Part shown: one piece after another, positions 10,507 to 22,342 of the stretch | Position numbering within the stretch: the first letter of the stretch is position 1 | Layout: each line of letters starts with the position of its first letter | Assembly (NCBI RefSeq): GCF_000281045.1 | Contig: NW_008246097.1 | Coordinates: forward strand, 349,440 to 404,181 | DNA length: 54,742 nucleotides | DNA from: Saprolegnia diclina VS20 | Taxonomy: Eukaryota | Direction: 5' to 3' | Translations under genes and position numbers: made by a program | Notes under the pieces: generated by a model | Databases searched by the model: none | Told to the model about the DNA's origin: nothing | The model's input: only the letters and a program-made list of their open reading frames with translations

Positions 10507-12698
10507 CTAAAGCGCAAACACGTTGGCAAAGCCGTCGTCGGCGCCAAACACCGCTGTGCAGCGCTCGTACGCCACCGGCACCTTTTGGTTCTCGCGCCGC
10601 TTGAGCGCCGACTCGACGAGGGCGTCGTACTGGACGTCCATCATCTCGGGCGTCATGTCGAGCATCGCGGTCCGGATCTTCTCCTTGAACATGCTCGCCT
10701 TGGCCTGCACGTCGGCGTGGTAGTGCTCCATGAGCGACACCATCTCCCAGAGCGAGCTCTGGAGCGCGTTCGTCTTGGCCGGGTCGTTGGTAGTCGCGTC
10801 GAACGGGTCCTTCCCGCCCTTGAGCGTGATCTTGCTGCTTTCCTTAGCGATCTTGGCCGCGGCCGCATCGACCTCGTTCTTGAGGCCGAGGTTCGCGCGC
10901 TTCTCGGCGGCCTTCTCAGCGACCGTCATGACGGACGTGCGGTGGATCAGCTGCGTGCACTCCTTGTGGCGCACGACGAGGTTGTACACCATGGGCACGA
11001 TGAAGAGGATGGCGCCAGGTTCGGCCGTGAGCGCCACGCGCGCGAGCCTAGACACAAAGTTTGAGCTATGAGACAAATGCGTTGTCGACGCACCGCTTGG
11101 CGAACGACGCGACGAGGTACGCGGGCAAGTGCGTCGACGACAGGAAGAGGGTGAGGAGCTTGAAGAAGCGCTTTCTAATTGCCAAGAAACATCAGAACTG
11201 GTTGCGCCGACCCAAGCACATGAGTACGCACCGGTACTTGGAGCGGAGGAGCGACGTGTCCCCGATGAGCGCGTAGAGCTTGGGGAAGAAGTCGGGGTAG
11301 TCAAAGTTGAACTCTTGCATGAGGAGGAAGAGCGAGTTGAGGGCGAGAAGACTCGTGATGCCACCGACGTTGTACGAGTCGGTGAGAAAGTCCGCCAGCA
11401 AAATCGGGTCCACCAAGTACGGCATGATCTCGTCCGGGAGCTTGGCCAACACGGTCTTGTACATGTCCTAGACGCGTCTTGAGAGTCTTGCGACTGCGAG
11501 CAGGAGAGCCAATACCTCGGGCAGCTGGTGCTTCAACAGCGCAATCCACGCGGCGCTGAACGCACGTTCGTGTTCGCGCGGGTTGTAGAGCGACGGGCTC
11601 TTGGACTTCTTCTTCTTCTTGAGCGGACCGCCCGTCGACGCCGCCGGGCGCTTCCCGTTCGCGTTCACAGCCACTTCGTCTTCATCTTCGTCCTCCTCGT
11701 CATCTTCGTCATCCTCATCATCCTCGTCTTCGGCGTCCTTGGCCGCCATGGCGATGTCGCGTTCCGTCATCTTGGGCGTCACGAGGAACGTCGCGATATC
11801 GTCGCGGCTGTCGGGCACAGTCACCATGTCCATGACCGCCAGTGCGTTGCGGACGAGCGCGGACGTCGGCTTGGTCGTAGTAGCGTCCAGCACCACCGCG
11901 AGCGTCTTCATCTACATGCTCCGTGAGCCGCCACGTCATGGTACATGAATCACGAACCGTGTAGTACTGCACGTCGATGTACGCAGCGACGAATTCACCC
12001 TTGAAGACGCTGAGCAGCTCGCCGTTGAACTCTTCCGAGAGCAGCTAATGACAACATTCTCGTGAGCAAAGGGTTGGCAACGTCGTCGTACGAGCTGGCG
12101 CACGACGCGGCTGTAGGTTTCGTTGCCGAAACCCTCTTCTTTGAGCCCCTTGAAGACATTTTCGCGTGCCACGACGTCCATGAGCGTTCGGAGAGCGGCG
12201 ATCTGAGCCCCGGCATGAGCGCCAGTTGGCACAGGAGAGAGGAGATACCTGCACGTTGTCGTCTTCGTCGTCGAGCCACTCGACCATCGTGTCGAGGAAG
12301 GCGACATAGTTGTCCCAAAGCCACTTGCGGTACTTGGCGACGGCGTCCTGCGTCTTGCTCAAGTCCGGAACTAGCAGACGGTGAGCTGCGCCAGTTGCGC
12401 ATGCGTTGGACGTACTGCGAAGGTCGCCCTTCTCGGCAAAGTAGAGGAAGAGGCGGCGGAGCGACTGCACAGCGGTCTGGGCCGCGGCCTACGTTCATCA
12501 TCCTGAGCAACGACGCTGGCAGATGCAATCGCATGTACCTTGTCGCCCTTCTTGAGGCATGCGCTGATCTTGGTCAGCTCTACGCGCGCAGGCATATGAG
12601 CCGTCGACCGCCATGACGTTCGTACCATTGGTGTGCTTGGCATCTTCCTTGATCTTGGCCTCGAGCTTCTTGATGTCGACGCTGCTCAGTGGTGCCAT
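10507..12698 (-). CDS. NOC4: Nucleolar complex protein 4 (CBF/Mak21 domain); multi-exon
   Basis: Motifs LADFLTDSYNVGGITSLLALNSLFLLM, DYPDFFPKLYAL, HLPAYLVASFAKR and DPAKTNALQSSLWEM..HYH; start MAPLSSVDIKKLEAKIKED. Confidence 0.92.
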
Positions 12699-12885
12699 GG
12701 CTGTTGCTGCTGCTCGGATGAGTTTTGCTTGGTACGAGGATCCTCCGTATAATCGAGTTTATCCGGATCTGTTTTGACTGGTTTCGAGGCTGGGGTGAGT
12801 GGACCAATCCCGTGCGAGGTGAATGACGTGGCGCTCTGGGGGACGAGATACGCCAGTCAATCTGTGTACAGTATATTGCATTGCA

Positions 12886-14757
12886 CTAGGTCTTTTCGGG
12901 GGGGAGGACGCCCCACGGCTGCGTATTGAACTGCGACTCGAGGCTGCCGGCCCACATTCGATGGTAGCTCGCGCCGCCGGCCTTCTTGGCCATGCGCGTC
13001 GAGAGGCCGTACTGCTTCTCATCTCGCTCGACGACGCCGCTGCTGTACACGAGGCGCTGATGGGACTTGGCACGCACCCGCGCCTTCTCCTCCCACGACG
13101 CGTGCTTGGTGCGAAACTCAGCGTTGTGTTGCATCCGAAGCATGTTGTGGTACGTGCGCTCGTGCCGCGCGGCGAGACGCGCCTTTGTGCGCTGCAGATC
13201 CGCTTCGGGCAGGCCGACGCGCGCGCTCTTTTCGGGGCTAAACTGCTCCATGTTGGTGGTCAAGAAGCGATCTTCTGGCGGAAGGTACGCCGGCGACTCT
13301 TTGGCGGGCCAGCGTCCACCGACGCCGATGCGACTCCATTCTGTGACTTGTTTGTGGTGCCGACTCCGGGGGGGTACGACGGGTCCGAGGGTTGCAAAGT
13401 ACGTCGCGAGGTCTTCGGGCACGCTGGCTGAGGCGTTGAGCGTCGCCGCAGGAGTATCTGGCTTTGGCGGACTGAGCAGCAGCGCCGATGTGCGCTTGCA
13501 CAGCTGCTCGGGAAGACAGCCCGGAAGACTCTCGACGTCCGGGAGCTTGATTGGCGTCAAGACGGGTGCCGGGCCGTCGAGGTCTTCGAAGATCGGCCGC
13601 GGACTCGGCACCGTCTTGGCGCGTGCTTCGAGCTGCGCGAGCTCGCGCTGGCGGCCGTGCAGAAAGAGGTCGCGCTCCCCGCCTTCCGGTTGACTCGAAA
13701 AGTAGCTGATGAATTCCTATCAGCGACCTCAAGCGGCGCTTCGATAGCCGACATTGCTGTACCTTGAAGGAAATGTAGCCGTTCTGGTCGGCGTCGATCG
13801 TCGAGATCATCGCATCCAGCTCAACGGGGTCGATGTCCAAGTCGAGCATGTCGCGCCCGAGCGCCGCCTTGAGCTCGTCGTACGTCAAGGACCCGTCGCC
13901 GTCTTGGTCCATGTGGCGGAACGCATTTAGCAGCACTAGCCTCCTTCTGTGAGATATGTTGGTCTTTCCGCAGTATACCTCTCGAGTTGCTGCCGTACGC
14001 GACTTGCTGCGACACTTGCTTGGTCAAGAGCTTCTCCGAGAGCTCGGCTTGGAACGCAGCGACGCGCGCCTTGGTGCGCGGCGTCACCGCCAGAGGACGT
14101 GGCCGCGTCTTGAGCGCGGCCGTCGCGCCCTCAAAGCTCTTGAGCATCGGCTCGGCCTCAAACATCTCCGAGAACTCGGCAAAGTCGATCAAGTTGTTGC
14201 CGTTGGTGTCCACCATGCGGTATAAGAGCCGTTGGTCGTCTTCGGCCATGTCGAGCCCTACGCAGGTCCTCCGCTCGCTATCAATCTATCAAGTGGCGAC
14301 TACCAAGAAACGAAATCGACTTGTGGAACTGCTCGAACGTAATGTTGCCCGAGCCCGACTCGTCGAACGCGCGGAACATGGCGCGCATCGAGCCAAACCG
14401 AGTCGCGACGCGGGCGCGGAGCTTGTTGCGGTTCTTTACAAAGAGCGCCTGCGTGACCGGGTTGCTCTTGTCGAAAATTGGCGTCACCGGCGGCTCACGC
14501 CCCGTGGCCGTCGTGTGCGGCCGCGGCTCGAGTGGCGTCGGTGTCCGGGTGCGCGCCACCGGCGTCGGTGGCGACGGCACCGGCTCGCGGCCGTAAATCG
14601 CACCGGAAAGCGCCGTCAACTTGGGCGACGGCAGTTGCGGCGACGACGACGAGGCGCGCAGGAGGTTGGTCGCGCCCACGTGCACGCGCTTCTTCTGCAC
14701 GAGTGGCATGCGACTCGGCGACGCCGCCATCTCCCGCGGGCACCGCGTCGACGCCAT
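12886..14757 (-). CDS. EF-hand Ca2+-binding protein (4 EF-hands) with disordered termini; multi-exon
   Basis: EF loops FDESGSGNITFEQF, VDTNGNNLIDFAEF, MDQDGDGSLTYDEL and IDADQNGYISFK in successive exons. Confidence 0.85.
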
Positions 14758-14805
14758 TTGTACGTAGTTTGATGTGCACTATAATTAGTTTCAATACGAG
14801 ACAAG

Positions 14806-17007
14806 CTACGGTTTCGACGAAGGGACGAGCGTCTCGAGGGTCCGAGCGAGCGCGACGGTCGCGCTGGGGCAAGGCAGGACGGCGGTCGCTCGCATTGCGC
14901 TACCGCGTTGGTCGTTGGCCAGTTGCAGCGCCAAGTGCGGCGCTTCGCGGGTCGAGACCGCGCCGGGTGGCAAGAGCCGGCCGCCGGCGACAGCGACCCA
15001 AGTCTGCGACGCGAGGCTGCACTTGTGCATATGCACCTTGACGTGCGTCAGTCGCTCGCCCGCCTCGGGAAAGACATCGACGACCACAGCGCTTGCCCAC
15101 TGACCGGTCGCGTCCAAGTAGTCGACACCGTCGCCGACGACGAGTTGCCTGCCGCCATGATGTGGGCGACTTACGAAGAGAAGAAGGTTACGTACGTGGC
15201 AAACTGCGCTGCGAACGCACAGGCCGCAGTCTGCGCCGGCGTCCGAGACGGTGCACGCTGCACCAGACTGCGCTTGCCTGGCGCCTTCTTGGACCGGCGA
15301 CGAAGCGCGTTGTACGAGGTTTCCACGCGCTGGACAAGCGCGGCTTCTTGCTCGTAGAGGGCGTCGAGCGAGGCCATGTCGCGCACGCGGTCTACAGGCC
15401 TCGTGAGAGGCGCTAGCGCAGGAGAGCGTACCGGCGAGGTGGCGCAGCGTGTGCCAGTTGGAGAGCACTTGGGGCACGAACGCCGCCACGCACTGCTGTA
15501 GCGCGACATGAATCTCGTCACTCTCGGTCGCCTCTGCGGGCGTCGGGTCCGGGAGGAGGCCGTCGATCGGGAACGAGCCGTCGTCGCCCAAGGCGGCTTC
15601 GAGTTTGCAGTAGTAGGCCTCAAAGACGTCGTCGTTGTAGCTCGTGGCGAGCACGTGGTTGTCGTCGAGCGCGACAAAGTCGCCGCCAACCGCCTCGACA
15701 AACTCCTGGTCTTGCCACACTTCGCGGTAGTACCGGCCTCGACGCGGCAGCACGAACGGCGCTTCGTCGGTGGCTTCGGGGAGCCATCCGGGCGGCGCTT
15801 CGCGAATGAACGGGTCGCCCATGGTGGCGACTGCGCGGCTCATGCGTTCGAGCTCGTCCGCGCGGCTGACATCGATGGGCTGGAAGTAATCGCGGTCAAA
15901 CATGGTCCACATCCAGTCTTCGGGTGGCGGCTTGCCCTTCTCCTATGATGCGCAAGAGTCGACTTGCATACGTTGGGTCCAAGGTACCTGGCGGACGAGC
16001 CACGGGTACACGGCTGGCCGGCCGAGACGTGATCCTTCATCGTCGTCGTGATGCGTGTCATCATCGTCCTTGTCGTCGTCGCTGCTGTTTAGATTTAGTA
16101 CCTCTGCGTCATCCTCACTGCTGCTGCTGGAGGGCGCGGCGAAGGAGAGCTTACGCTTGCCTTTGGCGCGTGGGGCGCCGGTTGAGGCGCGACGCGACTT
16201 GGGCGACGGGTTAGTGGCGCACGCGCGACGTCGTGGCGGCGCCGTGTGCGTACGTGCTTTGGCCGCAGGCTTGGCTTCGTGCGCGACGTGGTTGCGTGGC
16301 TTGGGCTTCTCGGGCGCCGGCTCTTTCATGTCGATCTGCAAGAGGTTCAAGAACCGATTCTTGGTCGCAATCTTCTTGCGCTGGGCGACAACGGATGGCG
16401 GCGTCGACATGGCATTCGACGGCGTTGGCGATGTGTTGTTGGGGTTGACTCGGCGGCGCTTTGTGCTGGACGCTGCTCTCGGCGGGACGGTCGCTGGCTC
16501 GTCCTTGACTGTAACGTGCGTGCTCGAAGACGATGGATCGCTTGCAGCAAGGCGCGGAGGCGACAGTGTACGCTCTGGTATGACTTCTAGCAATCGTTCA
16601 CGAGACTGCGCAATGGGATCGCAGTACGTACGCGTTGTAGCCGGCTCGATGCTCCGCGTCGAGTTGGCGTCCACTGCAATGCCCTCGTCGAGGCTCGACA
16701 CTGTGGACGGTGATCGCCCTCGAGTCAAAATCTGTGCCGGCTGTGGGCTGCTGTAGAGCTTGGCCGCTGGTGCGTGCACGTCGATGTCGACGTCGTTGGC
16801 TACACCGTTGCTCGTCGCCGGACCGGTCGTGTCGCTATGGAGCAAAAGAAGATGGGATCGCTCCGTGAGCATCCCGTCGCTTCCCGAGGCCATGTCGTCG
16901 GTCGTTGTCGTCGTCCAGGTCGTCGGCGCAGTCGCGTCGACGGAAGCAATGGACGGTACGGACAGCAACTTCGATTTTTTGCGCAGAAATTGTTCCGCAC
17001 ATGGCAC
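14806..17007 (-). CDS. Ada3/Ngg1-like SAGA subunit with a C-terminal Tudor/chromo-barrel-like domain; multi-exon
   Basis: YFQPI..ELE, FVLPRRGRYYREVWQDQE (cf. Ada3 IPPLGKHYSxxWxxED), SDEIHVALQQC..N..TLRHL (cf. DDEVxxELRxxQ..N). The tail LVVGDGVDYLDATGQWASAVVV..VKVH..TWV..RLLPPG is Royal-family-like. Confidence 0.65.
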
Positions 17008-17444
17008 GGCGGCTGCCGGCGCGTGCGTATTTTATTACAAACCGCTAAAACCTCAGATTTTAAACTGCATTTCAGTATTCCTATCGTTAGAATGACATTA
17101 AATTCCTTTAATGTGAATTTAAAACCAAGCGCAAAATGGAGGACGCGCCGGCGACCGACCGACCGACCCGACAGGTCGGCCAAGCTCCATGGCGCTGACG
17201 CCTGCGCCGACGACCCAGCGCGCTTAGCGCCGACGACCTACGATACCAAGCGCCGCCCGCTATTAGCATGGCGACGGGCGGGCGTGCATAGGCCATGCAA
17301 CAACCGGCCACAGATGGGAGGAAGATGGCTCTTTATCCATGGACGATGATGATGATAGTGGATGGAAATGGTTCAAGATGACAAGACGTGTGTGCAAGGG
17401 CTTGCGATGCATGTACTAGCACTTGTCATTCGGTCATATCACCG

Positions 17445-19356
17445 TCATTCGTCGTGCTTGGTGCGCTTGTGCGCCGGCGACGCCAGCCCCAGTGGCGGCT
17501 TGCGCTTCTCGTGGAGGTCATCGACGACAATCTCATCGTCGTCGTCGTCGTCGCCATGACCCTTCTCGGCGTCGGTCGCCGGCTTGGTCTGCTCGAGCTT
17601 CCACTTGGCAAACTCGGGGCCGAGCAAAAAAGTGAACGTCGAGGGCTCGTCCGCCGCCTCGGCGGGCGGCGCCCAGTCCTTGATGCACAGCGAGCTGTTG
17701 AAGTCCTGGGAGAAGTCCTCGACCGTGAGCACCGTGTCGTGGTGCACGCCGCCGCCAGGGAGCTCGTCGAGGCGCTTGGGCAAGTTCACGCGGAGACTCT
17801 CCTCGGCGTCGTCGCCTTCTTCGTAAATCGTGTTGGCGCCAATCGAGACGGTCGGCGCGTTCATGCCCATGCGCTTCTTGAGCACATGCTCGACGAGCTG
17901 CTCGAGCGTCGTCGTCTTGAGCATGAGCGCGAGGTCGAGCACTTGGCGCGAGCACACAAAGCACTTGGGGTTCGGCGCCGAGAGCGCGACGGGGTTGAGG
18001 AGCACGCCGCGGCCGTCCCACGACCGGTTGCAGTACGTGTACTTGCACGTCCTCGTGATCGACGACGCCTCGAGCGAGAGCCGAATGATCTTGAACGCTT
18101 CGAGCACCTGGAGGCCGGCGACGATCGCATTCGTGGTCGCGATCGCCGGGATGATGTTGCCCGCGATGCCCTTGCACGCAAAGAGCGACTCCATCGGGAT
18201 CTGGAAGACGTGCGCGCGGAGGTTGGCGGCCGCCGCAACAAAGCGCATGGCGTGGACGTCGTCCTTGTCAAACTCGAGGCTCCCGACGTCGTCGTTGGAC
18301 GAGAGAATCGTGGCGACTGCGTCGAGGAACGTCTGCGCGCAGGCGTCGAGCGACCACAGCATGCGGTCGTGCCACTTGTCGACGGGCAACGGCGGCAGCG
18401 AGAGGTCCTCCAAGACGATCGTGCGGGGCATCTTCGTGGCCGTCTTGTACGTCTTGATGTCGAGCTTCTTTTGAATCTCAAACTCAAAGAGGCCGCGGAA
18501 GACGCCATTCGCGTACGCCGTCGGAGGCAGATCCCGCGCGAGGACGTGGTCCATGAAGGCCGACTTGTCGTCGTTCGCCGGGTCCTCCCAGAGCATCGAG
18601 TCCTGCGTCTTCCCAAAGAGCAGCTTGTAGCACTCCTTGGCCCAGACGATGCAGTGCACCATCTTGTCGGGCGTGCTGCGGATCGTGCAGATCGGGTACA
18701 CCTTGGCGGTGGCCTTCTCCGTGCACTCGTAGCACTCGGTCTCGCCCTTCTTGATGACCGAGACTTGGCCGAGGTACCCGGTCGTGCCGCTTTCGATGAG
18801 CGGGACGTTGGCCGCGAGGCAGAGACGGTTGACGTGCTTGCGTGCGTCGACGTTGTCGAGCGCGTTGAGCACGAGCGCAAATTGCTCAAAGTACTCGATC
18901 GAGTACCGGCTCGTCTTGATGTTTTCATGGTGCGCCGTGATCGTCGCCGACGGATTGACTACAAGCAGGCGGTTAGGACGGCGACGGTGGAGCGAGAGCG
19001 CATTACATTGAAGCGCAACCTCGCGGGCCACGATCGCCTTGCTCATGCCCACGTGCTGCGAGCGGAAGAGGAACTGCCGGTTCAAGTTGGACACGTCGAT
19101 CGTGTCGAGATCCACGATGGTAATGTCCACAAAGCCACTCAAGACGAGGTTCTTGAGAAGCTCGCAGCCTACGCAGCGCGAATGGAGCCGACGACGACGC
19201 CTGTGACGACGACGTACCGATGCCACCGGCGCCGACGACCAAGATCTTGGACGCGTGGATCTGGCGGGTCAGGTCGTCGCCCTAGAGAAGGAAGCGCCAT
19301 GAGCCTCGCCCATGTTCGCCGAGGTCGTCTACCAGCGCAGCAGTAAGGAAGGACAT
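17445..19356 (-). CDS. UBA2: SUMO-activating enzyme subunit 2 (E1); multi-exon
   Basis: MSFLTAAL|GDDLTRQIHASKILVVGAGGIG|CELLKNL, DLDTIDVSNLNRQFLF, CYEC, catalytic YPICTIRSTP, AGNIIPAIATTNAIVAG, PNPKCFVC; C-terminal basic NLS. Confidence 0.97.
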
Positions 19357-19692
19357 GGGAAAGGCCGCCGGTTCGTTTGGACCGCTTGCTTGGCTCGGCG
19401 CGAAATGCCGGATACGAGCCGATTAAATACGGCAGATGCCACGTTTAATTTTGGTCGCCACGTTCGGTCATAAGAAATGGCAGGACCGCCGGGATCCTTA
19501 TGCGAATCGGTGCATTCATCCTATGCGTACTTACCCAACCGCTGCGCACGCTCGTACCCATCGTGGAGGTCGTGAAGAGCGCCGGGCCGTGCCATGGTTG
19601 CGTAATTCCTGGCTCGTATCCGGAACTCGCACCGGCGTCGGAATTCCGGATAAAATCGGCGTCGCAACGTTGGAACAAATAATTTTGTCGTC

Positions 19693-22208
19693 ATGTCCAA
19701 GGCGCAGCATGAGCTGAGCGAGCTCCTCCAGGCGCATTTGCCGTCGTTCCTGGACGAGATGGCGAACCACCGCTACAAGAACGTACGCTCCATCTCTAGC
19801 TGCATGGGCCATACACGTGCAATGACGGCGTTTCGCAGGCGAAAGACAGCGTCCCGCTCGAGCAAGACGGGAACCGCGAGTGGCGCCACCTCTCGCGCTT
19901 GCTGCACATGTGGGCCGACTGCGAATCAACGTACCACAAGATGACGTACTTGCAGCCCGAGTATCTGTACAAGGACACGCTGCGCAGCTTGTACCTCCAG
20001 CTCAAGACGCAAAGCCTCGTGTGCGCCGACTTGCTGCATTTCCACCGGCGCGACAAGGCCGGGTCCGAGTCGGACGTGGACAAAGTAGGTCCATCGCTCG
20101 CCGCGATCGCCGCGGCTGCCAAGTGCAGCACCCCCACGGTAGTCGCTCCCTCTGGCTATTACGACTCGCTAAGGTTTTCATGGCAGAGTGACCAAGTACG
20201 CTACTCCACATCCTTGCGTGCTCATACTCGCGCCACCTAGACCTTCCTCAACGACAACCCGTCCAGCGCCGGGTCGGTCGCGTCCAACCTCTCAGAGTTC
20301 GATCAGTACTACGAGGGTCCGCCGTCGGTGCGCATCATCGAGTACAAGACGTTTCTCGACCAATGCAGCCGATACTTTGAGGTACTCCCTGCACAGCTGG
20401 GCACGGACGGACTTACGTATGTAGCAACGCCTTCTTCTCGTGTCGTTTTACCTCGGTTTGGCACGCGAAAAACCGCACGTTCACTATTTGTTTGACTACA
20501 AAGAGGTGGGTAGCTTGCTCCATATCGACATCGAAACGGAAGCGGTGGTGTAGAAGGAGCAGTCGCTCGAGAACATCCAACATGCGCTACGTACGCTCGA
20601 GCACCCGTTCTTCCACGTACACTAGAGCACATCACCCGTTGCCGACGCGAGGTTTCATGGGCGTAGGCGCTGCAAACCGCCGCGACGATGGAAGTGCAGA
20701 CGATTCGCGCTGCGCTCAAGTGCGAGATGATGCTGTCGCAGTACAACTACCTCCACTCGATCATGGCGCTGCACAAGCTCAAACAGTACGTCCTTGTCGG
20801 AGGATGGCGCGAGGATTCATGCCGGTGAACTAGACAGCTTGGCGCGTGGGCCGATCTTCTGGACCAAGCCGAAGATGACGACGACGAGTCACCGGATGGT
20901 ACGACGTCGGATTTGCGCATTTCGCGCACGTCGCGCAACTCGGACCGCGTGCTTCCGACGCCGCCCGGCCGTCTGTCGTTGGAAAGCAAAGCGCACCTGT
21001 GGTATACAATATTCAAGTCTAGAAACTAACTGACAATATTGTCCATGTAGTACCAAGCCGCATCCGATCGCAAAGCTGTTGAAGCGCGGCGAGTCGTCGT
21101 CGAACGTGTTGCAGCCGAGTGCGCACTCGCTCTCGTGCTCCAACTCGCAGCACGCCGCGCCGTTTGGTGCGTCTGCCGACGCGTCGTCGTCGGTGGTCTG
21201 TCATGATGACGCGTCTAGATGACGCGATTGTGCTGCCGCTCTTTCGGTGGTCCAAGAAGTTCTACCAGTCGCTCGTGGCCAAGTTTACGCTCTACTTTTA
21301 CAAGGTCGTGACCTCGAGGGCATCTCATTTCTGATAGTTAGATCCTAGTGGCTCGATCAAATGGACGGACAACTGCAGCCGCGGGGCATTCTTCCGGTGC
21401 CAAAGGCGATCGTCAACCACGTCGGCCTCGCGTACACGGAGCTCATCGACACGTTCTTTTCGCGCCACTGTACTTAGCAAAGTAGCCCGTCCTTTGGTCG
21501 TAATTTGGGTGTGTCTAGTCTTGCGCGACCACAGCGAGAGCGCGCAGCTTCTGCTCGTGCTCGACTCGGCGGGTCTTCCAGGTCCCTTCCACGCCAAGGG
21601 CTACCTCTGTCCGTCGCAGACGATCGCAGGCCCGAAAAAATCGTCGGCCAACCGCATCCGCGCGGCCAACAAGACGTATTTCGGCAAAGTGTCGCGGTAC
21701 GACGAAGACATTCACGGCGAATTCGCGCCGCTGTGGGGCGTCGCGTCCTTCCCCGTCGGTACAAAGACATTCTGTTTGACAAACTATCGCAAATGGAAAT
21801 ATCTGTCTAGTCTATTGCTACCCCAAGGCCGAGCCGCCCGAGCACTTTGTGCCACGGCATTTTCCAAACCTTGTGGGGCTGCTCCAGGACCTGCCGCCAT
21901 GGGACGCCAAGGCCAAGACGGCCCACACGTCGCCCATGTAAGCTCATCGTACACAGTGTTTGTCATCTAAATGCTGTTTCCTAGTACGATCCACCACGAG
22001 AAGAAGCCCGCGAGCACCTATGCGATCGCTCGCGTCGACGCGTGCGTCTACTTGACGCTCATCTTCGAAAAGCGCAAGCAAGGACCGTCCGACAAGGTGT
22101 TGCAGGTACGACGACGGAATGGGAAGAATCCATGGTGCGGAAGGCAGTGCGTAGGACCTCTTGGTGCTCTTGCTGAGCAGCCTCCAGCACACGACCGTGT
22201 TTCGATAG
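19693..22208 (+). CDS. KICS2: KICSTOR subunit 2 (C12orf66)-like protein; multi-exon
   Basis: Spliced N-terminus FLDEMANHRYKN|AKDSV..W..L..WADCESTYHKMTYL..KDTLRSLYLQL; later LFRWSKKFYQSLVAKFTLYFY, LLLVLDSAG..FHAKGYLCP and HFPNLVGLL all match recalled C12orf66 blocks in order. Confidence 0.8.
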
Positions 22209-22271
22209 ACGTTGACGCAGTATCCTGCGTGTAGATGGATAACGAATTGCATTTTTGATGGATCGTTGGAG

Positions 22272-22315
22272 TCATGGATAGTACAAGCGCTGGATTATTC
22301 ATGGATAGTACAAGC
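22272..22315. repeat. 17-bp exact direct repeat (TCATGGATAGTACAAGC x2)
   Basis: Copies at 22272-22288 and 22299-22315 in the short gap between the convergent KICS2 and CFAP54 genes. Confidence 0.85.
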
Positions 22316-22342
22316 TGGACACTGCAGCCGTGGCCTTGGGAC

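Noticed and set aside
17388..19346. 652-aa + strand ORF, and similar long ORFs at 23751-25577, 28415-29467, 44613-46088 and 53558-54658
   Set aside because: Antisense shadows of real GC3-rich genes (UBA2, CFAP54, kinase, DxD protein); Arg/Val-rich and without motifs.
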